Part shown: positions 23,633 to 34,800 of the stretch, one piece after another
Numbering within the stretch: position 1 is the stretch's first letter
Layout of the letters: each line of letters opens with the position of its first letter
Assembly: GCA_030390025.1 (NCBI GenBank)
Contig: JASTWF010000329.1
Coordinates: 372,001 to 436,000, forward strand
Origin: Squalus acanthias
Taxonomy: Eukaryota
Length of the DNA stretch: 64,000 bases
Direction of reading: 5' to 3'
Translations under genes and position numbers: made by a program
The notes under the pieces: model-generated
What the model was told of the DNA's origin: nothing
Databases searched by the model: none
What the model saw: only the letters and a program-made list of their open reading frames with translations

Positions 23633-24369
23633 AATATCAACTCCCACACGGATGGGGAATTCTAGAAGAAGGAGGAACCGGTCACGAATTGAAAGGTATT
23701 AAAGTATTCGAGGGGCCCTTACATTTGGGATCTTTCTTTATTTTGTCCACTCGAGGAGTTAGATAACAGACTTCCTCTTGTGAATGTAGAGCTGGATTAT
23801 TGGGCCGTGATGTGTTTCCTTGTTGATCTTCTGTTAAATACATTTCCTGAGTTAATTTAAATCTAAACCAGGTTTGCAGGCGTGATGCTCTATTCACACA
23901 TCGAAGGTGAGAGAGATGCTGTGGTTCACACGCTAAGTCCAGTCGCTGAAAGTGATTAATAGACTGGGTTTTGTGTTTAGTGATCCCGGGCGTGTTACCG
24001 AGACCTTCCCTGGATACCAAGGCTAGGAGAGGCACTCTGGAATGTTTGGGGAGCTGGGACTTGTCCATGAGAGTAACCGAAGGTATGAGAACTGAAATAA
24101 TCTAGAGTTAGAAAGGTGAAAAGGCCCAAAAATGGAGCAGGCGGTAACAGGACATCAATTAGTCTCCTCTTATCTTGGAGACGTCAAGGACTCGACACAC
24201 TGTGTGTTGGAAACATAGCTGATTTATTTGGCATATATCCAGAAGATTAAACTCCAGCCCAGTTAGGGAGTTATTAACATCAGAAACAAACCCCAACTAT
24301 CAGAATGAACATGGTTCAGTCCTGAATGTGATTAACAGCAGCAATAACAGCAGAATACAACCCCTGCAG

Positions 24370-25935
24370 TCACCTGTGAACTCGCTGGTGTTTCAGCAGA
24401 TCCCTTGTGCTTTTAAAGCTCTTCTCACATTCAGAACATTTAAATGATCTCTTATCAGTGTGAACAAGTTGGTGTGCAGTGAGGATGGCAGACTCTGTGA
24501 ATCTCTTCCCACACACGGAGCAGGTGAACATAAGAACATAAGAAATAGGAGCAGGAATAGGCCACTTGGCCCCTCGAGCCTGCTCCACCATTCAATAAGA
24601 TCATGGCTGATCTTGGGCTCAAAGCCACTTCCCAGCCCTCTCCCCATAACCCTTCACTCCCTTATCTTGCAAAAATTTGTCTATCTCCACCTTAAATGTA
24701 TTTAATGACCCAGCCTCCACAGCTCTCTGGGGCAGAGAATTCCACAGATTTACGACCCTCTGAGAGAAGAAATTCCTCCTCATCTCAGTTCTAAAACTGT
24801 GCCCCCGCGTTCTAGATTTCCCCACGAGGGGAAACATCCTCTCTGCATCTACCTTGGCGAGCCCCCTCAGTATCTTATATGTTTCAATAAGATCCCCTCT
24901 CATTCTTCTAAACTCCAATGAGTATAGGCCCAGCCTGCTCAACCTTTCCTCATAAGTCAAACCCCTCATCTCTGGAATTAACCTAGTGAATCGTCTCTGA
25001 ACTGCCTCCAATGCAAGTATGTCCTTCCTTAAATAAGGAGACCAAAACTGTACGCAGTACTCAAGGTGTGGTGTCACCAATACCCTGTACAGTTGTAGCA
25101 GGCCTTCCCTGCTTTTATACTCCAACCCCCTTGCAATAAAGGCCAACATTCCATTTGCCTTTTTGATTACTTGCTGTACCTGCATGCTAACTTTTTGTGT
25201 TTCATGCACAAGGACCCCCAGGTCCCTCTGAACTGTAGCATTTTGTAATCTCTCTCCATTTAAATAATAGTTTGCTTTTTTATTTTTCCTGCCGAAGTGG
25301 ATAACCTCACACTTTCCCACATTATACTCCATCGGCCTCTCCCCGGTGTGAGTGCGTTGGTGTCTCAGCAAGTGGGGTGAACGAATGAATCCCTTTCCAC
25401 ACACGGAGCAGGTGAACGGCCTCTCCCTGCTGTGAGTGCGTTGGTGTGCCAGCAAGTTAGATGAACGAGCAAATCCCTTCGCACACACGGAGCAGGTGAA
25501 TGGCCTTTCCCCTGTGTGAGTGCGTTGGTGTGCCAGCAAAGAATTTCTGCTTTTAAAGCTCTTCTCACAGTCAGAACATTTAAAAGATCTATCATCAGTG
25601 TGAACAAACTGGTGTGTAGTGAGGTGGGATGAAGAAATGAATCCCTTCCCACACACAGAGCAGGTGAATGGCCTCTCCCCAGTGTGAATGCGCTGGTGTT
25701 CAGTGAGGTTCCATGAACGAGTGAATCCCTTCCCACACACGGAGCAGGTGAACGGTCTCTCCCCGGTGTGACTGCGCCGATGAGTTTCCAGCTCAGATGG
25801 GCAAGAGAATCCCTTCCCACAGTCCCCACATTTGCACGGTTTCTCCATGGTGCGGGTGTCCTTGTGTCTCTACAGGTTGGACAATCGGTTGAAGCCTCGT
25901 CTAAACACAGAACACATATATGGTTACTCCCCAGT
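24370..25935 (-). pseudogene. C2H2 zinc-finger exon C interrupted by CR1; yields a 409-aa ZNF-CR1 fusion ORF (25848-24619)
   Basis: Six fingers from ATG 25848, CR1 at 25332-24529, two more fingers at 24528-24370. Confidence 0.85.
24529..25332 (-). mobile_element. CR1 LINE 3' fragment inside ZNF exon C
   Basis: MEYNVGKCEVIHFG...ERAGKW plus (ttcttatg)n tail, inserted between gagaggccg and ttcacctgc. Confidence 0.92.
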
Positions 25936-26058
25936 AATCTAATTTAATCATGACAATATTTTCATTTTGACAATATTTTCATTTTAATTCCGGACTTCTA
26001 AAACCCCCTTTCCCACACTCGGTCCTTCCCTATAAATTGTCCCCATGTAATATTTCTC

Positions 26059-26239
26059 CAGGTTATAGTCCAACAGTTTTATTTGAAATCACAAGCTTTC
26101 TGAGCGCTGCTCCTTCGTCAGGTGAAGGAGCAGCGCTCCGAAAGCTTGTGATTTCAAATAAAACTGTTGGACTATAACCTGGTATGGTGCGACTTCTCAC
26201 ATTTGTCCACCCCAGTCCAACACCGGCATCTCCACATCA
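26059..26239 (+). mobile_element. 181-bp fold-back Penelope mini-insertion with 11-bp TSD
   Basis: TSD taatatttctc at 26048-26058 and 26240-26250; palindromic body; 3' end ccaccccagtccaacaccggcatctccacatca shared with 57361-57393. Confidence 0.88.
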
Positions 26240-26261
26240 TAATATTTCTCAGTTTAGGTGA

Positions 26262-26782
26262 AGGACGCTCCCTGACTAGTCTCCACTTCTCCTTCATTGA
26301 CAGACGCTCCTGACCAGTCACCATTTCTCCTCCATTTACAGACGCTCCCTGACCAGTCACCATTTCTCCTCCATTTACAGATGCTCCCTGACCAGTCACC
26401 ATTTCTCCTCCATTTACAGACGCTCCCTGACCAGTCACCATTTCTCCTTCATTTACAGACGCTCCCTGACTAGTCTCCATTTCTCCTCCATTTACAGACG
26501 CTCCCTGACCAGTCACCATTTCTCCTCCATTTACAGACGCTCCCTGACCAGTCACCATTTCTCCTCCATTTACAGACGCTCCCTGACCAGTCACCATTTC
26601 TCCTCCATTTACAGACGCTCCCTGACCAGTCCCCATTTCTCCTCCATTTACAGACGCTCCCTGACCAGTCACCATTTCTCCTCCATTTACAGACGCTCCC
26701 TGACCAGTCACCATTTCTCCTCCATTTACAGACGCTCCCTGACCAGTCCCCATTTCTCCTCCATTTACAGACGCTCCCTGAC
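26262..26782 (-). repeat. 39-bp minisatellite
   Basis: Plus-strand unit cagacgctccctgaccagtcaccatttctcctccattta; related in reverse orientation to 63278-63616. Confidence 0.9.
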
Positions 26783-26846
26783 TCACTTCCTGTCTGTCCC
26801 GCGCTTTGTTGAGATTCGGGCCGGTGCGAAACGGGAACCCGCGGGT

Positions 26847-27266
26847 GGAGGCGGATAATGTTCACTGATCTTATAATGGGGCCTGGGGCCGCACTCGGGG
26901 TGTGTGCAGCCCGCGTCCCCCCGGGCTTTATTAACCCGCTCCCTGAGCTCTCTCACCTGATGTGTCAGCGGCTGCTGCCAAGGTCCGCGCATGCTCAGCT
27001 CACCTTCTGTTGTTCAGGTTTAAAGGTCAAGCCCCGCCCCTCACACACTCCGATTGGTTGGAGGACCCACCGCCCACTCGGTCCTCCAGGCCCGCCCCGC
27101 TCTTCCTATTGGTCCGGAGCTCCCGTCAATCACCCGGGCAGTGTGAGCTGAGAGAGGTGAGAGATCTCAGGGAGCAGGTTAATAAACCCCGGGGGGACGC
27201 GGGCTGCACACACCCCGAGTGCGGCCCCAGGCCCCATTATTAAAACACTCAACATTATCCGCCTCC
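26847..27266. promoter_or_regulatory. Palindromic bidirectional promoter-like cassette, copy 1
   Basis: Inverted arms about 26873-27003 and 27143-27240 (right arm has a deletion of about 31 bp) around a GC-box/CCAAT core; lies between divergent ZNF exons C and D. Confidence 0.7.
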
Positions 27267-27470
27267 CCACAAATACCCGCCAGTTTAAGACACAAACTCC
27301 GGGACAACCAGGAAGTGCTGGGAAATCCCCAGCGAGTCAGGGAGCCAGACTCTCGGGATGGCTCCACACCGCTGGCTGCTCGTGTGTCAGTGATCTCCCA
27401 TCAGATTAATGTGCGTCTGCTGTGTGTGTGTTTAACAAAGTGCCCGAAGTAGTTCATAAGGTGAGGAACG

Positions 27471-27883
27471 AGTGAGTGTCGAACTGAACCCAGTCAGAGT
27501 CAGCACCTTCAGGGGAGGAGAGGGAGGGGAAACCAGTGAGTGTAGAACTGAATCCAGCCAGAGTCAGCACCTTCAGGGGAGGAGAGGGAGGGGAACCAGT
27601 GAGTGTGGAACTGAACCCAGACAGAGTCAGCACCTTCAGGGGAGGAGAGGGAGAGGAACCAGTGAGTGTGGAACTGAACCCAGACAGAGTCAGCACCTTC
27701 AGGGGAGGAGAGGGAGAGGAACCAGTGAGTGTGGAACTGAACCCAGACAGAGTCAGCACCTTCAGGGGAGGAGAGGGAGAGGAACCAGTGAGTGTCGAAC
27801 TGAACCTAGCCAGAGTCAGCACCTTCAGGGGAGGAGAGGGAGGAGAACCAGTGAGTGTAGAACTGACCCCAGCCAGAGTCAGT
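27471..27883 (+). repeat. 63-bp minisatellite in the putative intron of ZNF D
   Basis: Unit gtgagtgtggaactgaacccagacagagtcagcaccttcaggggaggagagggagaggaacca, about 6.5 copies. Confidence 0.9.
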
Positions 27884-27953
27884 ACCTAGAATTGCCTGTT
27901 CTGAATTTCTATCCTGCACTCTCAGTCATGTCTTTTGTAAACTCCTTTTACAG

Positions 27954-28966
27954 GATATTAGAAGGGGAGGATTTGCAGATGGGAAACTCAAACCAAACAT
28001 CACGTCAAGATCTGACAGAGGCACTCGATACATCTGGACGTGAATATTATCGGCCTTTGAATGTGGACGGAGAAATGTTTTAACCAGTTACACAGCCTGA
28101 AAAATCATCGTACCATTCACAGCGGGGAGAAACGGTACACGTGTTCTGTGTGTGGACGAGGCTTCAACTGATCGTCCAACCTGGAGAGTCACAAGGACAC
28201 CCGCACCACGGAGAAACCGTGGAAATGTGGGGACTGTGGAAAGAGATTCACTTACCCGTCTGAGCTGAAAACCCATCGCTACCGGCACACCGGGGAGAGG
28301 CCGTTCACCTGCTCCATGTGTGGGAAGGGTTTCACTAATTCATCCCACCTTCTGAGACACCAGCGAGTTCACACTGACGAGAGACCTTTTAAATGCTCCA
28401 ACTGTGCGAACTGCTTTAAAAGCTCTGAGGAACTGATTCAACACCAGCGAGTTCACACTAGGGAGAGGCCGTTCACCTGCTCCGTGTGTGGGAAGGATTT
28501 CACTAATTCATCCGACCTTCTGAGACACCAGCGAGTTCACACTGACGAGAGACCTTTTAAATGCTCCAACTGTGCGAACTGCTTTAAAAGCTCTGAGGAA
28601 CTGATTCAACACCAGCGTGTTCACACTGACGATAAACCATTCAGTTGCTGTCAATGTGGGAAGAGATTCAGGCAGTCATCCAATCTCATTGTACACCAAC
28701 GCACTCACACTGGGGAGAGGCCGTTCACCTGCTCCATGTGTGAGAAGAGTTTCATTAAATCATCCAACCTGCTGACACACCAACGAATTCACACTGGGGA
28801 GAGGCCGTTCACCTGCTCCATGTGTGGGAAGAGATTCACTTGTTCATCCACCCTGCTGACACACCAGCGAGTTCACACTGGGGAGAGGCCGTTCATCTGC
28901 TCCGTGTGTGGGAAGGGATTCAATCAGTCATCCAACCTGCTGACACACCAGCGAGTTCACAAGTGA
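27954..28966 (+). CDS. C2H2 zinc-finger exon D, 9 fingers open from 28208 (ACG); first in-frame ATG at 28316
   Basis: Acceptor ttttacag at 27946-27953; leader carries a deletion at about 28080; uninterrupted finger array to TGA 28966. Confidence 0.75.
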
Positions 28967-29504
28967 CTGCATGGGTTGGATTCTGCTGTTAATCATATCC
29001 AGGACTGAACCATGTTCATTCTCAGAGTTGGGGTTTGTTTCTGCTGATGTTAATATCCCTATAACTGGGCTGGAGTTTAATATTCTGGATATATAGCTGA
29101 TTGAGTTGTCGGGGCTGCAGTGTCCCTTTAAGAACTGCTGTCTGTGAGCTTTTCCCCTTAATTCAGGGACTTTGATCAGAAATTGGTTGCAAAAAAATTA
29201 TGAATTTTACTTCAATCCTAAATTAATCTTTGGTACAAAATCTACAATTTGGTATCTGAAAAGTGCCAGTGATTATCATCTCCAATTAGAAAGTGCTGAT
29301 TAATCCTCGCTGACAATTCTTACTGACTTGCACATTACACACAGTGGCACCTCCATTATCCACCAGAAAGAATGGGAATGGGAATTGGTGGAGAATCGAG
29401 AATCCCCAAATGTTGCCCCTCCGGTCTGGTACAGCAGTCCCTGCGGGACGGGAATGGAGACAAGTCCAGTTATAGTAACGGGCTGAGTTTAATCTTTCTG
29501 GGCC

Positions 29505-31511
29505 TGTGGGGTTGGTTTATATCAGACAGGAGGAGATTGATGTCAGTGACTGTGGGGTTGGTTTATATCAGACAGGAGGAGATTGGTGTCAGTGACTGTG
29601 GGGTTGGTTTATATCAGACAGGAGGAGATTGATGTCAGTGACTGTGGGGATGGTTTATATCAGACAGGAGGAGATTGGTGTCAGTGACTGTGGGGTTGGT
29701 TTACATAAGAACATAACATAAGAAATAGGAGCAGGAGTCGGCCAATCGGCCCCTCGAGCCTGCTCTGCCATTCAATGAGATCATGGCTGATCTGATCCTA
29801 ACCTCAAATCTAAAGAACACAAGAAGTAGGAGCAGGACCCGGCCACTCAGCCCCTGGGCCCGCTACGCCACCCACAGGGCCTCGACCGATCCAAACTCAG
29901 CCTCATGTCCAATTTCCTGCCCGCTCACCGTAACCCCTAATTCCCTTTACCTCTCGGAAACTATCTATTTCTGTTTTAAATTTATTTAATGATGTAGCTT
30001 CCACAGCTTCCTGGGGCAACAAATTCCACAGACCTACTACCCTCTGAGTGAAGAAGTTTCTCCTCATCTCAGTTTTGAAAGAGCAGCCCCTTATTCTAAG
30101 ATTATGCCCCCTAGTTCTAGTTTCACCCATCCTTGGGAACATCCTTACCGCATCCACCTGATCAAGCCCCTTCACAATCTTATATGTTTCAATAAGATCG
30201 CCTCTCATTCTTCTGAACTCCAATGAGTAGAGTCCGAATCTACTCAACCTCTCCTCATATGTCCACCCCCTCATCCCCGGGATTAACCGAGTGAACCTTC
30301 TTTGTACTGCCTCGAGAGCAAGTATGTCTTTTCTTAAGTATGGACACCAAAACTGTATGCAGTATTCCAGGTGCGGTCTCACCAATACCTTATATAACTG
30401 CAGCAATACCTCCCTGTTTTTATAATCTATCCCCCTAGCAATAAAAGCCAACATTCCATTGGCCTTCTTGATCACCTGCTGCACCTGCATACTAACTTTT
30501 TGATTTTCTTGCACTAGGACCCCCAGATCCCTTTGTACTGCAGTACTTTCCAGTTTCTCGCCATTAAGATAATAACTTGCTCTCTGATTTTTCCTGCCAA
30601 AGTGCATAACCTCACATTTTCCAATATTGTATTGCATCTGCCAAATCTCCGCCCACTCACCCAGCCTGTCTATATCCCCTTGTAGGTTTTTTATGTCCTC
30701 CTCACTTTCTACTTTCCCTCCCATCTTTGTATCATCTGCAAACTTTGATATGTTACACTCGGTCCCCTCCTCCAAATCGTTAATATAGATTGTAAAGAGT
30801 TGGGGACCCAGCACCGACCCCTGCGGAACACCACTGGCTACTGGTTGCCAGTCCGAGAATGAACCATTTGTCCCAACTTTCTGCTTCCTGTTAGATAACC
30901 AATCCTCCACCCATGCCAGAATATTACCCCCAATCCAGTGATTTTTTATCTTGAGCAATGATCTTTTATGTGGCACCTTGTCGAATGCCTTCTGGAAGTC
31001 TAAATACACTATGTCCACTGGTTCCCCTTTATCCACCCTGTACGTTATGTCCTCAAAGAACTCAAGCAAATTTGTCAGACATGACTTCCCCTTCATAAAG
31101 CCATGCTGACTTTGTCCTATTAAATTATGTTTATCTAAATGTTCCGTTACTGTCTCCTTAATAATAGACTCCAAAATTTTACCCACCACAGATGTTAGGC
31201 TAACTGGTCTATAATTTCCAGCCTTCTGCCTACTACCCTTTTTAAACAAGGGTGTTACATTAGCAGTTTTCCAATCTGCCGGGACCTTTGCTGAGTCCAG
31301 GGAATTTTGGAAAATTATTACCAAAGCATCCACAAACCCTACTGCCACTTCCCTCAAGTTTATATCAGACAGGAGGAGATTGGCATCAGTAACTGTGGGG
31401 TTGGTTTATATCAGACAGGGGGAGATTGGTGTCAGTGACTGTGGGGTTGGTTTATATCAGACAGGAGGAGATTGGTGTCAGTGACTGTGGGGTTGGTTTA
31501 TATCAGACAGG
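29505..31511 (+). repeat. 46-bp minisatellite interrupted by a CR1
   Basis: Unit tgtggggttggtttatatcagacaggaggagattggtgtcagtgac, present at 29505-29703 and 31358-31511. Confidence 0.9.
29704..31357 (-). mobile_element. CR1 LINE, 5'-truncated, RT frame open (484 aa)
   Basis: [26 protein letters not shown] motifs; nearly identical to 17025-18671. Confidence 0.94.
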
Positions 31512-31896
31512 ATATACTAGTCAGAGTTGGAGATATATATTATATAATGTGTCAAGAAGTTGATTAACAGAGTGAGGCATCATCTCCCTTTGATTTCTAT
31601 TTCTGACGCCAGGCAACGGAAAAAGGTCATTACAACACGACAGAAACAGACTCTTCAGGTGTGAGACATCAGACTTCAGAACAACACGTCTGCCAGCTCT
31701 GGCCACAAACCTCAGTACAGTCAACCTTTCAGCAGCTGCAGCCCTGATTAAATAACTAGTAGTTTAACATGTCTAGTAGAGCTTTTGTATTTATATTCAA
31801 AATAAAAAAAAAACTGCTCATTGCTGCTCATCAATATCCAAACAATGGGAATAGACACCTTTAAATTCCAAGATATTTCACTGTTTTTTGAGGGTA

Positions 31897-34800
31897 GGTT
31901 CCCTCCAAGGAGGACACACACCCTCTTTGCCTGGTTCCCCTCCAAGGAGGACACTCGCCCTCTTTACCTGGTTCCCCTCCAGGGAGGACACTCGCCCTCT
32001 TTGCCTGGTTCCCCTCCAAGGAGGACACTCGCCCTCTTTACCTGGTTCCCCTCCAGGGAGGACACTCGCCCTCTTTACCTGGTTCCCCTCCAGGGAGGAC
32101 ACTCGCCCTCTTTACCTGGTTCCCCAAGGAGGACACACGCCCTCTTTGCCTGGTTCCCCAAGGAGGACACTCGCCCTCTTTACCTGGTTCCCCTCCAAGG
32201 AGGACACTCGCCCTCTTTGCCTGGTTCCCCTCCAAGGAGGACACTCGCCCTCTTTACCTGGTTCCCCTCCAGGGAGGACACTCGCCCTCTTTACCTGGTT
32301 CCCCAAGGAGGACACACGCCCTCTTTGCCTGGTTCCCCAAGGAGGACACTCGCCCTCTTTACCTGGTTCCCCTCCAAGGAGGACACTCGCCCTCTTTACC
32401 TGGTTCCCCAAGGAGGACACACGCCCTCTTTACCTGGTTCCCCACCAAGGAGGACACTCGCCCTCTTTGCCTGGTTCCCCTCCAAGGAGGACACTCGCCC
32501 TCTTTGCCTGGTTCCCCAAGGAGGACACTCGCCCTCTTTACCTGGTTCCCCTCCAAGGAGGACACACACCCTCTTTGCCTGGTTCCCCACCAAGGAGGAC
32601 ACACACCCTCTTTGCCTGGTTCCACTCCAAGGAGGACACACATCCTCTTTGCCTGGTTCCCCAAGGAGGACACTCGCCCTCTTTGCCTGGTTCCCCTCCA
32701 AGGAGGACACACACCCTCTTTGCCTGGTTCCCCTCCAAGTAGGACACACGCCCTCTTTGCCTGGTTCCCCTCCAAGGAGGACACTCGCCCTCTTTATCTG
32801 GTTCCCCAAGGAGGACACTCGCCCTCTTTGCCTGGTTCCCCTCCAAGGAGGACACACGCCCTCTTTATCTGGTTCCCCAAGGAGGACACTCGCCCTCTTT
32901 ACCTGGTTCCCCTCCAAGGAGGACACTCGCCCTCTTTACCTGGTTCCCCAAGGAGGACACACACCCTCTTTGCCTGGTTCCCCAAGGAGGACACTCGCCC
33001 TCTTTGCCTGGTTCCCCAAGGAGGACACTCGCCCTCTTTACCTGGTTCCCCAAGGAGGACACTCGCCCTCTTTACCTGGTTCTCCAAGGAGGACACACAC
33101 CCTCTTTACCTGGTTCCCCTCCAAGGAGGACACTCACCCTCTTTGCCTGGTTCCCCCAAGGAGGACACACACCCTCTTTGCCTGGTTCCCCTCCAAGGAG
33201 GACACACACCCTCTTTGCCTGGTTCCCCAAGGAGGACACTCGCCCTCTTTGCCTGGTTCCCCTCCAAGGAGGACACACACCCTCTTTACCTGGTTCCCCT
33301 CCAAGGAGGACACTCGCCCTCTTTGCCTGGTTCCCCTCCAAGGAGGACACACGCCCTCTTTACCTGGTTCCCCTCCAAGGAGGACACACACCCTCTTTAC
33401 CTGGTTCCCCACCAAGGAGGACACACGCCCTCTTTGCCTGGTTCCCCTCCAAGGAGGACACACGCCCTCTTTGCCTGGTTCCCCTCCAAGGAGGACACTC
33501 GCCCTCTTTACCTGGTTCCCCTCCAGGAGGACACTCGCCCTCTTTACCTGGTTCCCCAAGGAGGACACACGCCCTCTTTGCCTGGTTCCCCCAAGGAGGA
33601 CACTCGCCCTCTTTACCTGGTTCCCCTCCAAGGAGGACACTCGCCCTCTTTACCTGGTTCCCCAAGGAGGACACACGCCCTCTTTACCTGGTTCCCCACC
33701 AAGGAGGACACTCGCCCTCTTTGCCTGGTTCCCCTCCAAGGAGGACACTCGCCCTCTTTGCCTGGTTCCCCAAGGAGGACACACGCCCTCTTTACCTGGT
33801 TCCCCACCAAGGAGGACACACGCCCTCTTTACCTGGTTCCCCACCAAGGAGGACACTCGCCCTCTTTGCCTGGTTCCCCTCCAAGGAGGACACTCGCCCT
33901 CTTTGCCTGGTTCCCCAAGGAGGACACTCGCCCTCTTTACCTGGTTCCCCAAGGAGGACACACGCCCTCTTTACCTGGTTCCCCTCCAAGGAGGACACAC
34001 ACCCTCTTTGCCTGGTTCCCCAAGGAGGACACTCGCCCTCTTTGCCTGGTTCCCCAAGGAGGACACTCGCCCTCTTTACCTGGTTCCCCTCCAAGGAGGA
34101 CACTCGCCCTCTTTGCCTGGTTCCCCTCCAAGGAGGACACACACCCTCTTTGCCTGGTTCCCCTCCAAGGAGGACACACACCCTCTTTGCCTGGTTCCCC
34201 AAGGAGGACACTCGCCCTCTTTGCCTGGTTCCCCTCCAAGGAGGACACACACCCTCTTTGCCTGGTTCCCCTCCAAGGAGGACACACGCCCTCTTTGCCT
34301 GGTTCCCCAAGGAGGACACTCGCCCTCTTTGCCTGGTTCCCCTCCAAGGAGGACACTCGCCCTCTTTATCTGGTTCCCCAAGGAGGACACTCGCCCTCTT
34401 TGCCTGGTTCCCCTCCAAGGAGGACACACGCCCTCTTTATCTGGTTCCCCAAGGAGGACACACGCCCTCTTTACCTGGTTCCCCTCCAAGGAGGACACTC
34501 GCCCTCTTTACCTGGTTCCCCTCCAAGGAGGACACTCGCCCTCTTTGCCTGGTTCCCCAAGGAGGACACACACCCTCTTTGCCTGTTCCCCAAGGAGGAC
34601 ACTCGCCCTCTTTGCCTGGTTCCCCTCCAAGGAGGACACTCGCCCTCTTTACCTGGTTCCTCCAAGGAGGACACACACCCTCTTTACCTGGTTCCCCTCC
34701 AAGGAGGACACTCACCCTCTTTGCCTGGTTCCCCAAGGAGGACACACACCCTCTTTGCCTGGTTCCCCTCCAAGGAGGACACACACCCTCTTTGCCTGGT

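Noticed and set aside
19571..27889. Repetitive-peptide ORFs (PTLQPP, GTVHGDSNP, GASVNGGEM, VELNPDRV)
   Set aside because: These are translations of minisatellites with no independent coding evidence.
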